Source: Tubulanus polymorphus
Lineage: Eukaryota; Animalia; Nemertea
Assembly: GCF_964204645.1 (NCBI RefSeq)
Contig: NW_027437449.1
Location: 1-64,000, forward strand
Reading direction: 5' to 3'
Length of the DNA: 64,000 nt
Each line of letters opens with the position of its first letter. The stretch's first letter is position 1. The translations under genes were made by a program, and so were the position numbers. The notes under the pieces are model-generated. The model was not told the DNA's origin and did not search any database. It saw nothing but the letters and a program-made list of their open reading frames with translations. This document shows positions 51,001 to 61,700 of this stretch, one piece after another.

Positions 51001-54000
51001 TGAGCTAAAACTTTGTAATTGATTGCGGTGGCAAAATATGCACCAGAAAGAATCTTTCTGTGGGGTCGGGTTAGCAACAAGTTCGATCAGAGACATTCAA
51101 GGTCCCATCTACACGAGTGGAAAAATCCTTTATTTTCAATCTACACGAGGAAAACATTTCCAAAAAAAGTCACCTTTAAAAATTCAGCTTTTTCACCTTT
51201 TTATACAAAATTATACTTAATCTAAAGATAAACGGCTTCATTGATTTTGGTGAGCTTCACGTGTTACTAAAACGAGGGCGATATCATCACAGCTCCGCAG
51301 TAAATACTGCAAACTACGCCGCGCATCAACATGCAATTTTCAGCACAGGACAAAATGTTTATTAATCTTTCTCATCTTTCTCAGAATTTCAGTTTGAGTT
51401 AATCGGATGACAACAATTCATTTCATTTAGTTCTTAACTTTTGAAATGAGGATTGGAAAACTGTATTAGTCACGTGATACACGATGAACCGGTTTTCTGA
51501 ACACAAATCTTCGCTGCTTACGCGCATAAGAAGTGCCGGTTTTAAGTCTTTGCGCAGGTAAACCAAATATACTTTGTTAATTTAGATTTCATCAAGAAAT
51601 TGTTTCTTAATCTAAAGATAATTTAGCTGATTTTGGTGAGCTTCACGTGTTACAAAAACGAGGGCGCTATCATCACAGCTCCGCAGTAAATACTGCAAAC
51701 TACGCCGCGCATCAACATGCAATTTTCAGCACAGGACAAAATGTTTATTAATCTTTCTCATCTTTCTCAGAATTTCAGTTTGAGTTAATCGGATGACAAC
51801 AATTCATTTCATTTAGTTCTTTTTCATTGCCCCTAGTTTGCCTTGCTTACTTTAGCATTGTTTTCTAGTTGTTATGTCATTACTTTAATCTATTCCCCTT
51901 TCAATATTTTAATCACTCACTCTGCTTCTATTGTTTTGGTCTTGTATAAATATCTTGTAATATTCTCCTGTACTCAGTACGCCTGATGATGGCTAATAGT
52001 CTTTAGCCGAAACGTTGCGCAAATATATATAACTCTTCTATTCAAGTTTCTCGTTTTGGCTGAACTTATTGTGGGATTTCTCTTGTTATCTTCTTACACG
52101 GATATTGTGTATCTTCTCGTCTCAAAATGTTTCTAGGCCTGGGATATACAATACAATAAGTAGCGGCACACTTCAACGAGTATGAATTACTTTTTTAGAA
52201 AGGCCGATCAGCCATATCGGTGCTCAAAAGTAAAGGGATATCCCGATATGACATCAGGCGGGAAAATAATTATTATTTTACAGAATTCCTTCGATTTCTT
52301 CTTTCAGAAATAAATTCATTCCTTCTTTCAATAAACCCTGGAAAGTGCAACAAATTTTTTCTGAACTAATTACAAAGCTACGTATCTTGTGTCAAATAAC
52401 AGAAAAAATGGGAAAATGAAGTCGAACCACTAAAACATCGTGGTCGGCGTTGCTACGCGACCCGACCACAAAAATGAAATCAGTTTGAGATATTTTAAGC
52501 CGGGTGTAAGTCGGTTGCGACGCGATAAGTCTTTTTACAGTTGCCAGGCGCCATTTTTTGCTACCCACCGGGTCCGCATTGTTGAATTCTTGTCCCAATT
52601 TTTTCTCCGGTTTAATTTTTTTATTTCGTTCATATCTTTGGATTGGATTAAGATAGAAATAAGGTAAAAATATCGATGAACTCAGCTGATAATTAACTTT
52701 TCTATGATATCACTCATTCATAAATTTAAAGCAACAATGCGCGCTGGTGAAGTTATAAACATTCATATCCTCTTCCCGATAATTCAACTTGAATTATTGC
52801 TCATCTCATTCAAAAGTTCATAATTCTTACAAATCTTAATCTACATTTTCATTATTCAATTTTGAAGGCAGGGTCTGGACTACCGATCCCCAAACCTGAA
52901 GTCTGTCCCTATTTTACTAGAACTACCTATATATCTTTATTTGCCATTTTTTTCAAATGGCTAAGTAACCTTATTTCCATAGTTACTGAAAATTTTGATT
53001 TCAACAAAGCAGGGGCCGGTAAAATTGTGAGATTTCCTGGAATAAAGATGCGATCGTCGCCTTGCGACGCAATCCTGGTGGCGTTTAATAGGTTGCAACG
53101 CGATTAGCGGCGACTGTGTGCGACTAATTGCTGCCAGTCGCAAGAGCGCGTTGGTCTGCGATTCTGGTTGTCACGTGGTAACTAAAATTGGCACCAAATC
53201 ACGCAAAGGTTCGAAGTTTCGAATTTCTGGCAGGGAAAATTGGGTTTCAACTCCGAGAACGAACATAACAACTTCTACAACTTCTGCAATTTCTATCCCC
53301 ACAAACCAGTTCCATTCCATATTTGAAAGGCTATTTAGTAATAGTCCTTGACTTAGAGCTAAAATACTGGGCCCGGTTTAATAGACTGAGTATCTAAGTT
53401 ATCCCTAGGGGTAAATCCTCAATTTGGGTGACAACCACCATAGTAACAATGAGAAACCATGGTTATAACTGAAGAATTTCAAAATATCCCCTGGGACTAT
53501 CTTTTTTCCACATCTATGAAACCCAGCCCTGGTCTTTATGGTCAAAGCAGCTTGAAAACAAATGGAGGAGATTAAATTCGCGATAAGAAATTCTACGAAT
53601 CCTTCAAAAAAATTATTTCAAAACGCATCTCACAACTATTGTGGGTTCGAATCCCAGTATTACTGGATCAAATCGCGCATCTCCCAGTCACTAGAGCGCG
53701 TAGCCGTAGGTTTATTGCGACGATCGCGTCGCAGTAAGTAGAACATGTGCGACTTGCTGCGACTGGCGTCGTTAAAATTTCTATGCTCGCTGATTTGGTC
53801 TCAAAATTTCCGGTCAATTGAAAAAAATTAGCTAAAAGAAAATATTATTTCCAGCTTGTTCGAAAACAGCTTTTATTTGAGCGCTCACTGAAAAAAACTT
53901 ATAGGTCCTGATATCAACGAGTTGATTTAAGCAAATCAACTTTTAAATCAATTCATTGATCGCGTTTACAAAATATGCAGAGTTACCAATATAAATGGAA

Positions 54001-57000
54001 AATTGTATTCAATTCAATATTTAATTCTCCTGGTGGGTTGAACAAAAGACCGAAATTCCATGTCCTATGACAATGCTGATAACGACCAAATATCAAGACT
54101 AAGTTAAAATCACTAACCCACTATGTGAAAAACATCGTGGTCGGCGTTGCTACGCGACCCGACCACAAAAATGAAATCAGTTTGAGATATTTTAAGCCGG
54201 GTGTAAGTCGGTTGCGACGCGATAAGTCTTTTTACAGTTGCCAGGCGCCATTTTTTCCTACCCACCGGGTCCGCATTGTTGAATTCTTGTCCCAATTTTT
54301 TCCCCAGTTTAATTTTCTTATTTCGTTCATATCTCTGGATTGGATTAAGATGGAAATAAGGTAAAAATATCGATGAACTCAGCTGATAATTAACTTTTCT
54401 ATGATATCACTCATTCATAAATTTAAAGCAACAATGCGCGCTGGTGAAGTTATAAACATTCATATCCTCTTTCCGATAATTCAACTTGAATTATTGCTCA
54501 TCCCATAATGATATAATATTATTACATTCTATACTGTAATGAACAGAAAATGGTTCCTCCGAAATAATGTAATATTTTAAATTAATCTCAATAAGTGAAG
54601 AGTTTGTGTGATGGATTTGTATTTAGTAGGATGTCTAAGGATAATGAATCATTCAAAAGTTCGTAATTCTTACAAAATTTAATCTACATTTTCAGAGTTT
54701 TTAGGATCAATAAACATCTATATGTGATCTTATGTGCTTTTTACGGTTTTCCATTATATTTATTAGTTTTTAAGTAATTGCGAGTCAAACTTCCAAAACA
54801 CGTTTTCTAGAGTCCCCTGCGTGCATCTTTAGCCTATATCAGGAAATTTCACAATTTTACCGGTCCCTGCTTTGTTGAAATCAACAACAATAAATAAACA
54901 AAAACTCTATGGCGGCTGATTTTGCCTCAAAATCATAGAATCATAGAAAATGTCATGAGCTAAAATTTTACAATATTGACTGCAGTTACAAAATATACCA
55001 AGGAACTACAGAGTTATTCTGGTATTCAACGCCCCCTGGTGACCTTAAACAAAAACCAACGAACCTGAAACTCGCCACAATCATACATCATGTCATGAGC
55101 TAAAACTTTGTAATTGATTGTGGTGGCAAAATATGCACCAGAAAGAATCTTTCTGTGGGGTCGGGTTAGCAACAAGTTCGATCAGAGACATTCAAGGTCC
55201 CATCTACACGAGTGGAACAATCCTTTATTTTCAATCTACACGAGGAAAACATTTCCAAAAAGTCACCTTTAAAAAAGTCGGCTTTTCACCTTTTTATACA
55301 AATTTATACTTAATCTAAAGATAAACGGCTTCGTTGATTTTGGTGAGCTTCACGTGTTACTAAAACGAGGGCGATATCATCACAGCTCCGCAGTAAATAC
55401 TGCAAACTACGCCGCGCATCAACATGCAATTTTCAGCACAGGACAAAATGTTTATTAATCTTTCTCATCTTCTGTGAATTTCAGTTTGAGTAAATCGGAT
55501 GACAACAAATAATTTCATTTAGTTCTTAACTTTTGAAGTGAGGATTGGAAAACTGTATTAGTCACGTGATACACGATGAACTGGTTTTCTGAACACAAAT
55601 CTTAGCTGCTTACGCGCATAAGAAGTGCTGGTTTTATGTCCTTGCGCAGGGAAACCAAATATACTTTGTTAATTTAGATTTCATCAAGAAAATGTTTCTA
55701 GGCCTCGGATATACAACATAATAAGTAGCGGCACACTTCAACGAGTATGAATTACTTTTTTAGAAAGGCCGATCAGCCATATCGGTGCGCAAAAGTAAAG
55801 GGATATCCCGATATGACATCAGGCGGGAAAATAATTATTATTTTACAGAATTCCTTCGATTTCTTCTTTCAGAAATAAATTCATTCGTTCTTTCAATAAA
55901 CCCAGGAGAGTGCAACAAATTTCCCTGAACTAATTACAAAGCTACGTATCTTGTGTCAAAAAACAGAGAAAATGGGAAAATGAAGTCGAACCACTAAAAC
56001 ATCGTGGTCGGCGTTGCTACGCGACCCGACCACAAAAATGAAATCAGTTTGAGATATCTTAAGCCGGGTGTAAGTCGATTGTGACGCGATAAGTCTTTTT
56101 ACAGTTGCCAGGCGCCATTTTTACGGTACTCACCTCCCTAATTTTACAGTCGAGATAAGATGAACCTTTGTCTAGAATTATGAATTTGTTGTCACTTAAT
56201 TCCTGATCACAAGTGTGACAAATTGCGAGCTCTGAACTCTCACCCGGCGGTCTTTAGGGACTCAAGTGTTTTTCTGCTATTAATACACAGGGTCCAGTTC
56301 CACAGTTTGGAGTTAAAATTTAACCCTGAGTTAACTCATTGAAAATGAACTAATTTTAACTCAGAGTTAACTCTAACTCACAACTGTAGAACTGGGTCCT
56401 GTTCTTTTTTATCATAATTCAAAATACCGTAGACCCTGACTGTTTTAGTCAAATGTTGGTGGGTCCATTTTAGTCCTCAGAATCTTTAAAGACAATGTAT
56501 TACTTTCGCCTCAAAACTTTATACCGGTTTTATATGCGAGATCACATTTAGACTCAAGTCACATCATTCTGTACTGAACTGAACTCCGATGGTTAAAATC
56601 TATAATTACCGAGATTCTCAGCAGGTCTGGTGCTGGCTTGTGTAACTGCGTGGATATTTTGATTCACTGTATTATTGTCACCGATTATACTTAAATTAGA
56701 ATTGTCTGCATTTATTCCTGGATTACTCGCCGCCATAGTAACGTTTACTGAAAAACAGAATTTAGAATTCAGTCATTTTATCTCAACAAGTGCAGCACAG
56801 TTTTCCTGAAAAAAAATATGCTGGTTGGCCAAATTGTAAATTAGTACATATCACATGCAGAAGACCAGATAACAATGATAAAAGCTTACTATAATACAAG
56901 TGTAGCAACCCAAGAGATCTCAATAATAACAATAATAAAATGTATGAATTTGTGAGCAGTTTTCGCCTGTAAATAATAAGACATAAACTACATGTAACAC

Positions 57001-57392
57001 ATTCTAGCCACAAATATTACCAGCCTCGCTAGCCATATACTTAGCACAAGCCATTAACCCTTTAGCTCATTAACCTCACTAGTTGGCGCAAAATCTTCAC
57101 TGCCCGAAAAGTGAAAGCAACAATCAACTGGGACTTAAATCCCAACTGGGCTTGACAATCTTACGCCACCTGGCGGATAGAATATATTGAAATAAGATTT
57201 AAGAACAATCGGGTGGGTGCGTTCATTTCTGGATTCATAATTACCGAGATTCTCAGCAGGTCTGTTTAAGGCTTGTGTATCTTCATGGTAGCGATATTCA
57301 TGTGTGGTTTTAATACACTTTTTTTTATTTGTTGAACTGATTTGATCAATTTCAGAATTTTCTGCATCTATTTCTGGATTACACTCCGTCAT
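48033..57392 (-). CDS. NLR (NACHT + degenerate LRR) with a short RHIM-like N-terminus; model exons 57392-57245, 56747-56610, 56171-56134, 54334-54262, 50773-48033 (1045 aa)
   Basis: Walker A GEPGMGKTT, Walker B IFFLDGFDEL, sensor VITTR, NPLIL, winged-helix FIHKSVHEFLAA and LRR-like C-terminus are all in the large exon (high confidence). Upstream exon phases (1,1,0,1) splice in frame through GT-AG sites (moderate confidence). Confidence 0.8.
51821..52123 (+). mobile_element. Solo Penelope-like pseudo-LTR fragment
   Basis: Absent from the paralogous block at ~55690; T-rich, with TATAAAT at ~51945 followed by a hammerhead core. Confidence 0.7.
51978..52022 (+). ncRNA. Minimal type I hammerhead ribozyme
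   Basis: Stem I CGC/GCG; CTGATGA 51983-51989; stem II GGCTAA-tagtct-TTAGCC; GAAA; palindromic stem III AACGTT; predicted cleavage after GUU (52016). Confidence 0.8.
56290..56399. mobile_element. Short palindromic MITE (similar short elements at ~14840-14972, ~53368-53530, ~5343-5463)
   Basis: GGGTCCAGTTCCACAGTT..GAGTTA / TAACTC..AACTGTAGAACTGGGTCC inverted ends. Confidence 0.65.
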
Positions 57393-57456
57393 GGTACCGG
57401 GTACTGAAAAATAAAAGTTTAAAATTCAGTCATTCTATCGCGGTAAGTGCAGCGCA

Positions 57457-58042
57457 TTAGCTGTCGGACAGCACACTGGCTAGCTGTCGGACAGCACACT
57501 GGCTAGCTGTCGGACAGAACACTGGCTAGCTGTGAGACAGCACACTGGCTAGCTGTCGGACAGCACACTGGCTAGCTGTCGGACAGCATACTGGCTAGCT
57601 GTCGGACAGCACACTGGCTAGCTGTCGGACAGCACACTGGCTAGCTGTCGGACAGCACACTGGCTAGCTGTCGGACAGCACACTGGCTAGCTGTCGAACA
57701 GCACACTGGCTAGCTGTCGGACAGCACACTGGCTAGCTGTCGGACAATTCACCAGCTATCAGCCAGTTCCCTAGCTGTCAGCCAGTTCCCAAGCTGTCAG
57801 CCAGTTCCCTAGCTATCAGACAGTTCACCAGCTATCACACAGTTCACTAGCTATCACACAGTTCACTAGCTGTCAGACAGTTCACTAGCTGTCAGACAGC
57901 ACTATGGCTAGCTGTCGGACAGTTCACTAGCTGTCAGACAGTTCACTAGCTATCAGACAGTTCCCTAGCTATCACACAGTTCACTAGCTGTCACACAGTT
58001 CACTACCTGTCACACAGTTCACTACCTGTCACACAGTTCACA
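57457..58042. repeat. 23-bp minisatellite grading into a related 20-bp minisatellite
   Basis: TAGCTGTCGGACAGCACACTGGC, then TAGCTRTCAGACAGTTCAC variants. Confidence 0.9.
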
Positions 58043-58415
58043 ACTGTGTCAGCAAAAGACAGACTTATGTTAGATGTTGCAACGAGAAAACTTGTATCTT
58101 CTAAATCACTGAATACTGTTTTAACCTGCCGGAGGAAGGGGTGCATACTCGACAGTCTTACATTGGAATGAATGTAATTAGGATCAGTTTTTTCTTTCAT
58201 GGATTTTAATGTAAAAAATAAATGATTCTAAAAGTTGATTTCATTAACATTCATTACGCAGGAAGGGAAGCTGCTTTGTTAAAGTCAGGCATAAACGTGT
58301 GACTCAGTCGCACGTCTCACAACTTTACACCAGTTTTATATACGAGATTACATTTTAACTCGAGTCACATCATTCTGTACTGAACTGAACTCCGATGATT
58401 AAAATCTATAATTAC

Positions 58416-58468
58416 CGAGATTCTCAGCAGGTCTATCGACGGTTTGCTCCTCGTCATAGTAACGTTTA
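58416..58468 (-). other. Internally deleted (53-nt) third copy of the NLR N-terminal exon with intact splice sites
   Basis: TTTTTCAG|TAAACGTTACTATG...AGACCTGCTGAGAATCTCG|GTAATT; flanks match those of the 56610-56747 exon. Confidence 0.75.
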
Positions 58469-58684
58469 CTGAAAAACAGAATTTAGAATTCAGTCATTTT
58501 ATCTCAATAAGTGCAGCACATTTTTTCTGACCTAATTGTTGTGTCCAGTATTTACACAATATTACACAATTTAGGGTTAGACTTTTTTGTTACATAATAT
58601 GAATTTGTATAGCAATATAAAGTTCCATCAAAAACGATAAAAGTCTGAAATCTGTATATTGTGAATTTTGTATTAGTTTCAGCC

Positions 58685-61263
58685 CAAACTGTCGTTAGTT
58701 GTGTTCTAGTTGTGTCTGTCACGCGATTTCTAGTGGTAAATAGCGAATATCAAACTGTCGTTAGTTGTGTTCTAGTTGTGTCTACCACGCGATTTCTAGT
58801 GGTAAATAGCGGATATCAAACTGTCGTTAGTTGTGTTCTAGTTGTGTCTACCACGCGATTTCTAGTGGTAAATAGCGGATATCAAACTGTCGTTAGTTGT
58901 GTTCTAGTTGTGTCTGCCACGCGATTTCTAGTGGTAAATAGCGGATATCAAACTGTCGTTAGTTGTGTTCTAGTTGTGTCTACCACGCGATTTCTAGTGG
59001 TAAATAGCGGATATCAAACTGTCGTTAGTTGTGTTCTAGTTGTGTCTGACACGCGATTTCTAGTGGTAAATAGCGGATATCAAACTGTCGTTAGTTGTGT
59101 TCTAGTTGTGTCTACCACGCGATTTCTAGTGGTAAATAGCGGATATCAAACTGTCGTTAGTTGTGTTCTAGTTGTGTCTACCACGCGATTTCTAGTGGTA
59201 AATAGCGGATATCAAACTGTCGTTAGTTGTGTTCTAGTTGTGTCTGACACGCGATTTCTAGTGGTAAATAGCGGATATCAAACTGTCGTTAGTTGTGTTC
59301 TAGTTGTGTCTGACACGCGATTTCTAGTGGTAAATAGCGGATATCAAACAGTCGTTAGTTGTGTTCTAGTTGTGTCTACCACGCGATTTCTAGTGGTAAA
59401 TAGCGGATATCAAACTGTCGTTAGTTGTGTTCTAGTTGTGTCTGCCACGCGATTTCTAGTGGTAAATAGCGGATATCAAACTGTCGTTAGTTGTGTTCTA
59501 GTTGTGTCTGCCACGCGATTTCTAGTGGTAAATAGCGGATATCAAACTGTCGTTAGTTGTGTTCTAGTTGTGTCTACCACGCGATTTCTAGTGGTAAATA
59601 GCGGATATCAAACTGTCGTTAGTTGTGTTCTAGTTGTGTCTGCAACGCGATTTCTAGTGGTAAATAGCGGATATCAAACTGTCGTTAGTTGTGTTCTAGT
59701 TGTGTCTGACACGCGATTTCTAGTGGTAAATAGCGGATATCAAACTGTCGTTAGTTGTGTTCTAGTTGTGTCTACCACGCGATTTCTAGTGGTAAATAGC
59801 GGATATCAAACTGTCGTTAGTTGTGTTCTAGTTGTGTCTACCACGCGATTTCTAGTGGTAAATAGCGGATATCAAACTGTCGTTAGTTGTGTTCTAGTTG
59901 TGTCTACCACGCGATTTCTAGTGGTAAATAGCGGATATCAAACTGTCGTTAATTGTGTTCTAGTTGTGTCTGACACGCGATTTCTAGTGGTAAATAGCGG
60001 ATATCAAACTGTCGTTAGTTGTGTTCTAGTTGTGTCTACCACGCGATTTCTAGTGGTAAATAGCGGATATCAAACTGTCGTTAGTTGTGTTCTAGTTGTG
60101 TCTGCCACGCGATTTCTAGTGGTAAATAGCGGATATCAAACTGTCGTTAGTTGTGTTCTAGTTGTGTCTGCCACGCGATTTCTAGTGGTAAATAGCGGAT
60201 ATCAAACTGTCGTTAGTTGTGTTCTAGTTGTGTCTGCCACGCGATTTCTAGTGGTAAATAGCGGATATCAAACTGTCGTTAGTTGTGTTCTAGTTGTGTC
60301 TGCCACGCGATTTCTAGTGGTAAATAGCGGATATCAAACTGTCGTTAGTTGTGTTCTAGTTGTGTCTGCCACGCGATTTCTAGTGGTAAATAGCGGATAT
60401 CAAACTGTCGTTAGTTGTGTTCTAGTTGTGTCTACCACGCGATTTCTAGTGGTAAATAGCGGATATCAAACTGTCGTTAGTTGTGTTCTAGTTGTGTCTG
60501 CCACGCGATTTCTAGTGGTAAATAGCGGATATCAAACTGTCGTTAGTTGTGTTCTAGTTGTGTCTACCACGCGATTTCTAGTGGTAAATAGCGGATATCA
60601 AACTGTCGTTAATTGTGTTCTAGTTGTGTCTGACACGCGATTTCTAGTGGTAAATAGCGGATATCAAACTGTCGTTAGTTGTGTTCTAGTTGTGTCTGCC
60701 ACGCGATTTCTAGTGGTAAATAGCGGATATCAAACTGTCGTTAGTTGTGTTCTAGTTGTGTCTACCACGCGATTTCTAGTGGTAAATAGCGGATATCAAA
60801 CAGTCGTTAGTTGTGTTCTAGTTGTGTCTACCACGCGATTTCTAGTGGTAAATAGCGGATATCAAACTGTCGTTAGTTGTGTTCTAGTTGTGTCTGACAC
60901 GCGATTTCTAGTGGTAAATAGCGGATATCAAACTGTCGTTAGTTGTGTTCTAGTTGTGTCTACCACGCGATTTCTAGTGGTAAATAGCGGATATCAAACT
61001 GTCGTTAGTTGTGTTCTAGTTTTTTCTACCACGCGATTTCTAGTAGTAAATAGCGGATATCAAACTGTCGTTAGTTGTGTTCTAGTTGTGTCTGACACGC
61101 GATTTCTAGTGGTAAATAGCGGATATCAAACTGTCGTTAGTTGTGTTCTAGTTGTGTCTACCACGCGATTTCTAGTGGTAAATAGCGGATATCAAACTGT
61201 CGTTAGTTGTGTTCTAGTTGTGTCTACCACGCGATTTCTAGTGGTAAATAGCGGATATCAAAC
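58685..61263. repeat. 66-bp satellite, ~39 near-identical copies
   Basis: Unit CAAACTGTCGTTAGTTGTGTTCTAGTTGTGTCT(AC/GC/GA)CACGCGATTTCTAGTGGTAAATAGCGGATAT; explains the 879-aa repetitive ORF. Confidence 0.97.
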
Positions 61264-61410
61264 AAGACGCAGGTCTTTGTTTTTACCTGATTCTCCCTGA
61301 TGTCTCATTCTGTGTGTATTTTTATAAAAACTACTCCCTTCCCCTAATCAGAATCACGTTCTGTTCAAACACAATTCCCGAAAATGACTACAATATTTAA
61401 AACAACGTAC

Positions 61411-61700
61411 CTCTTGGTTTGTGACAAAACTGTATGAAAAATGTCCGTAGAAACTACTGCGCATTGGGTAAAACACTGAACTGCGATCAAATTGAGATTT
61501 CACCGACCAATATTTCACCGCACTCCCGTCACGTGATATATCGTATTTTTAGATATGAGGTAATAATCGTCACGTGTCCTGTGAACCCCGTACATTACCT
61601 GACATTACGTCGTTCGATTAGAATAAGACACTGATTATTTTTAGACCCCGTAGAAAACCGCTGTCGTTTCGGGCCACACGATTGGTCGTAACATTAAGAA
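61411..61700 (-). promoter_or_regulatory. Candidate first (5' UTR) exon and promoter of the NLR gene
   Basis: Donor AG|GTACGT at 61411/61410; TCAGT Inr-like sequence near 61478; upstream CCAAT boxes and CACGTG E-boxes. Confidence 0.35.

Larger units (their letters stand above)
50811..56122. repeat. Intronic segmental duplications in the NLR gene (50811-52560 vs 54906-56122; 52433-52850 vs 54129-54690; 51216-51436 vs 51606-51821)
   Basis: Long near-identical blocks read directly; they explain the paired spurious ORFs at 51023/55118 and 52440/54125. Confidence 0.9.

Noticed and set aside
53641-53660. GTGGGTTCGAATCCC B-box (also ~25216) as additional tRNA genes
   Set aside because: Isolated T-arm motif without a cloverleaf; at most tRNA/SINE remnants.
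58661-61300. 879-aa ORF; possible CRISPR-like array
   Set aside because: Pure 66-bp tandem repeat, GTG start, no unique spacers, no cas genes, eukaryotic context.
61287-61309. Micro-exon MRHQGES as the NLR start
   Set aside because: Phase-compatible with a good donor, but the acceptor lacks a pyrimidine tract; left out of the gene model.
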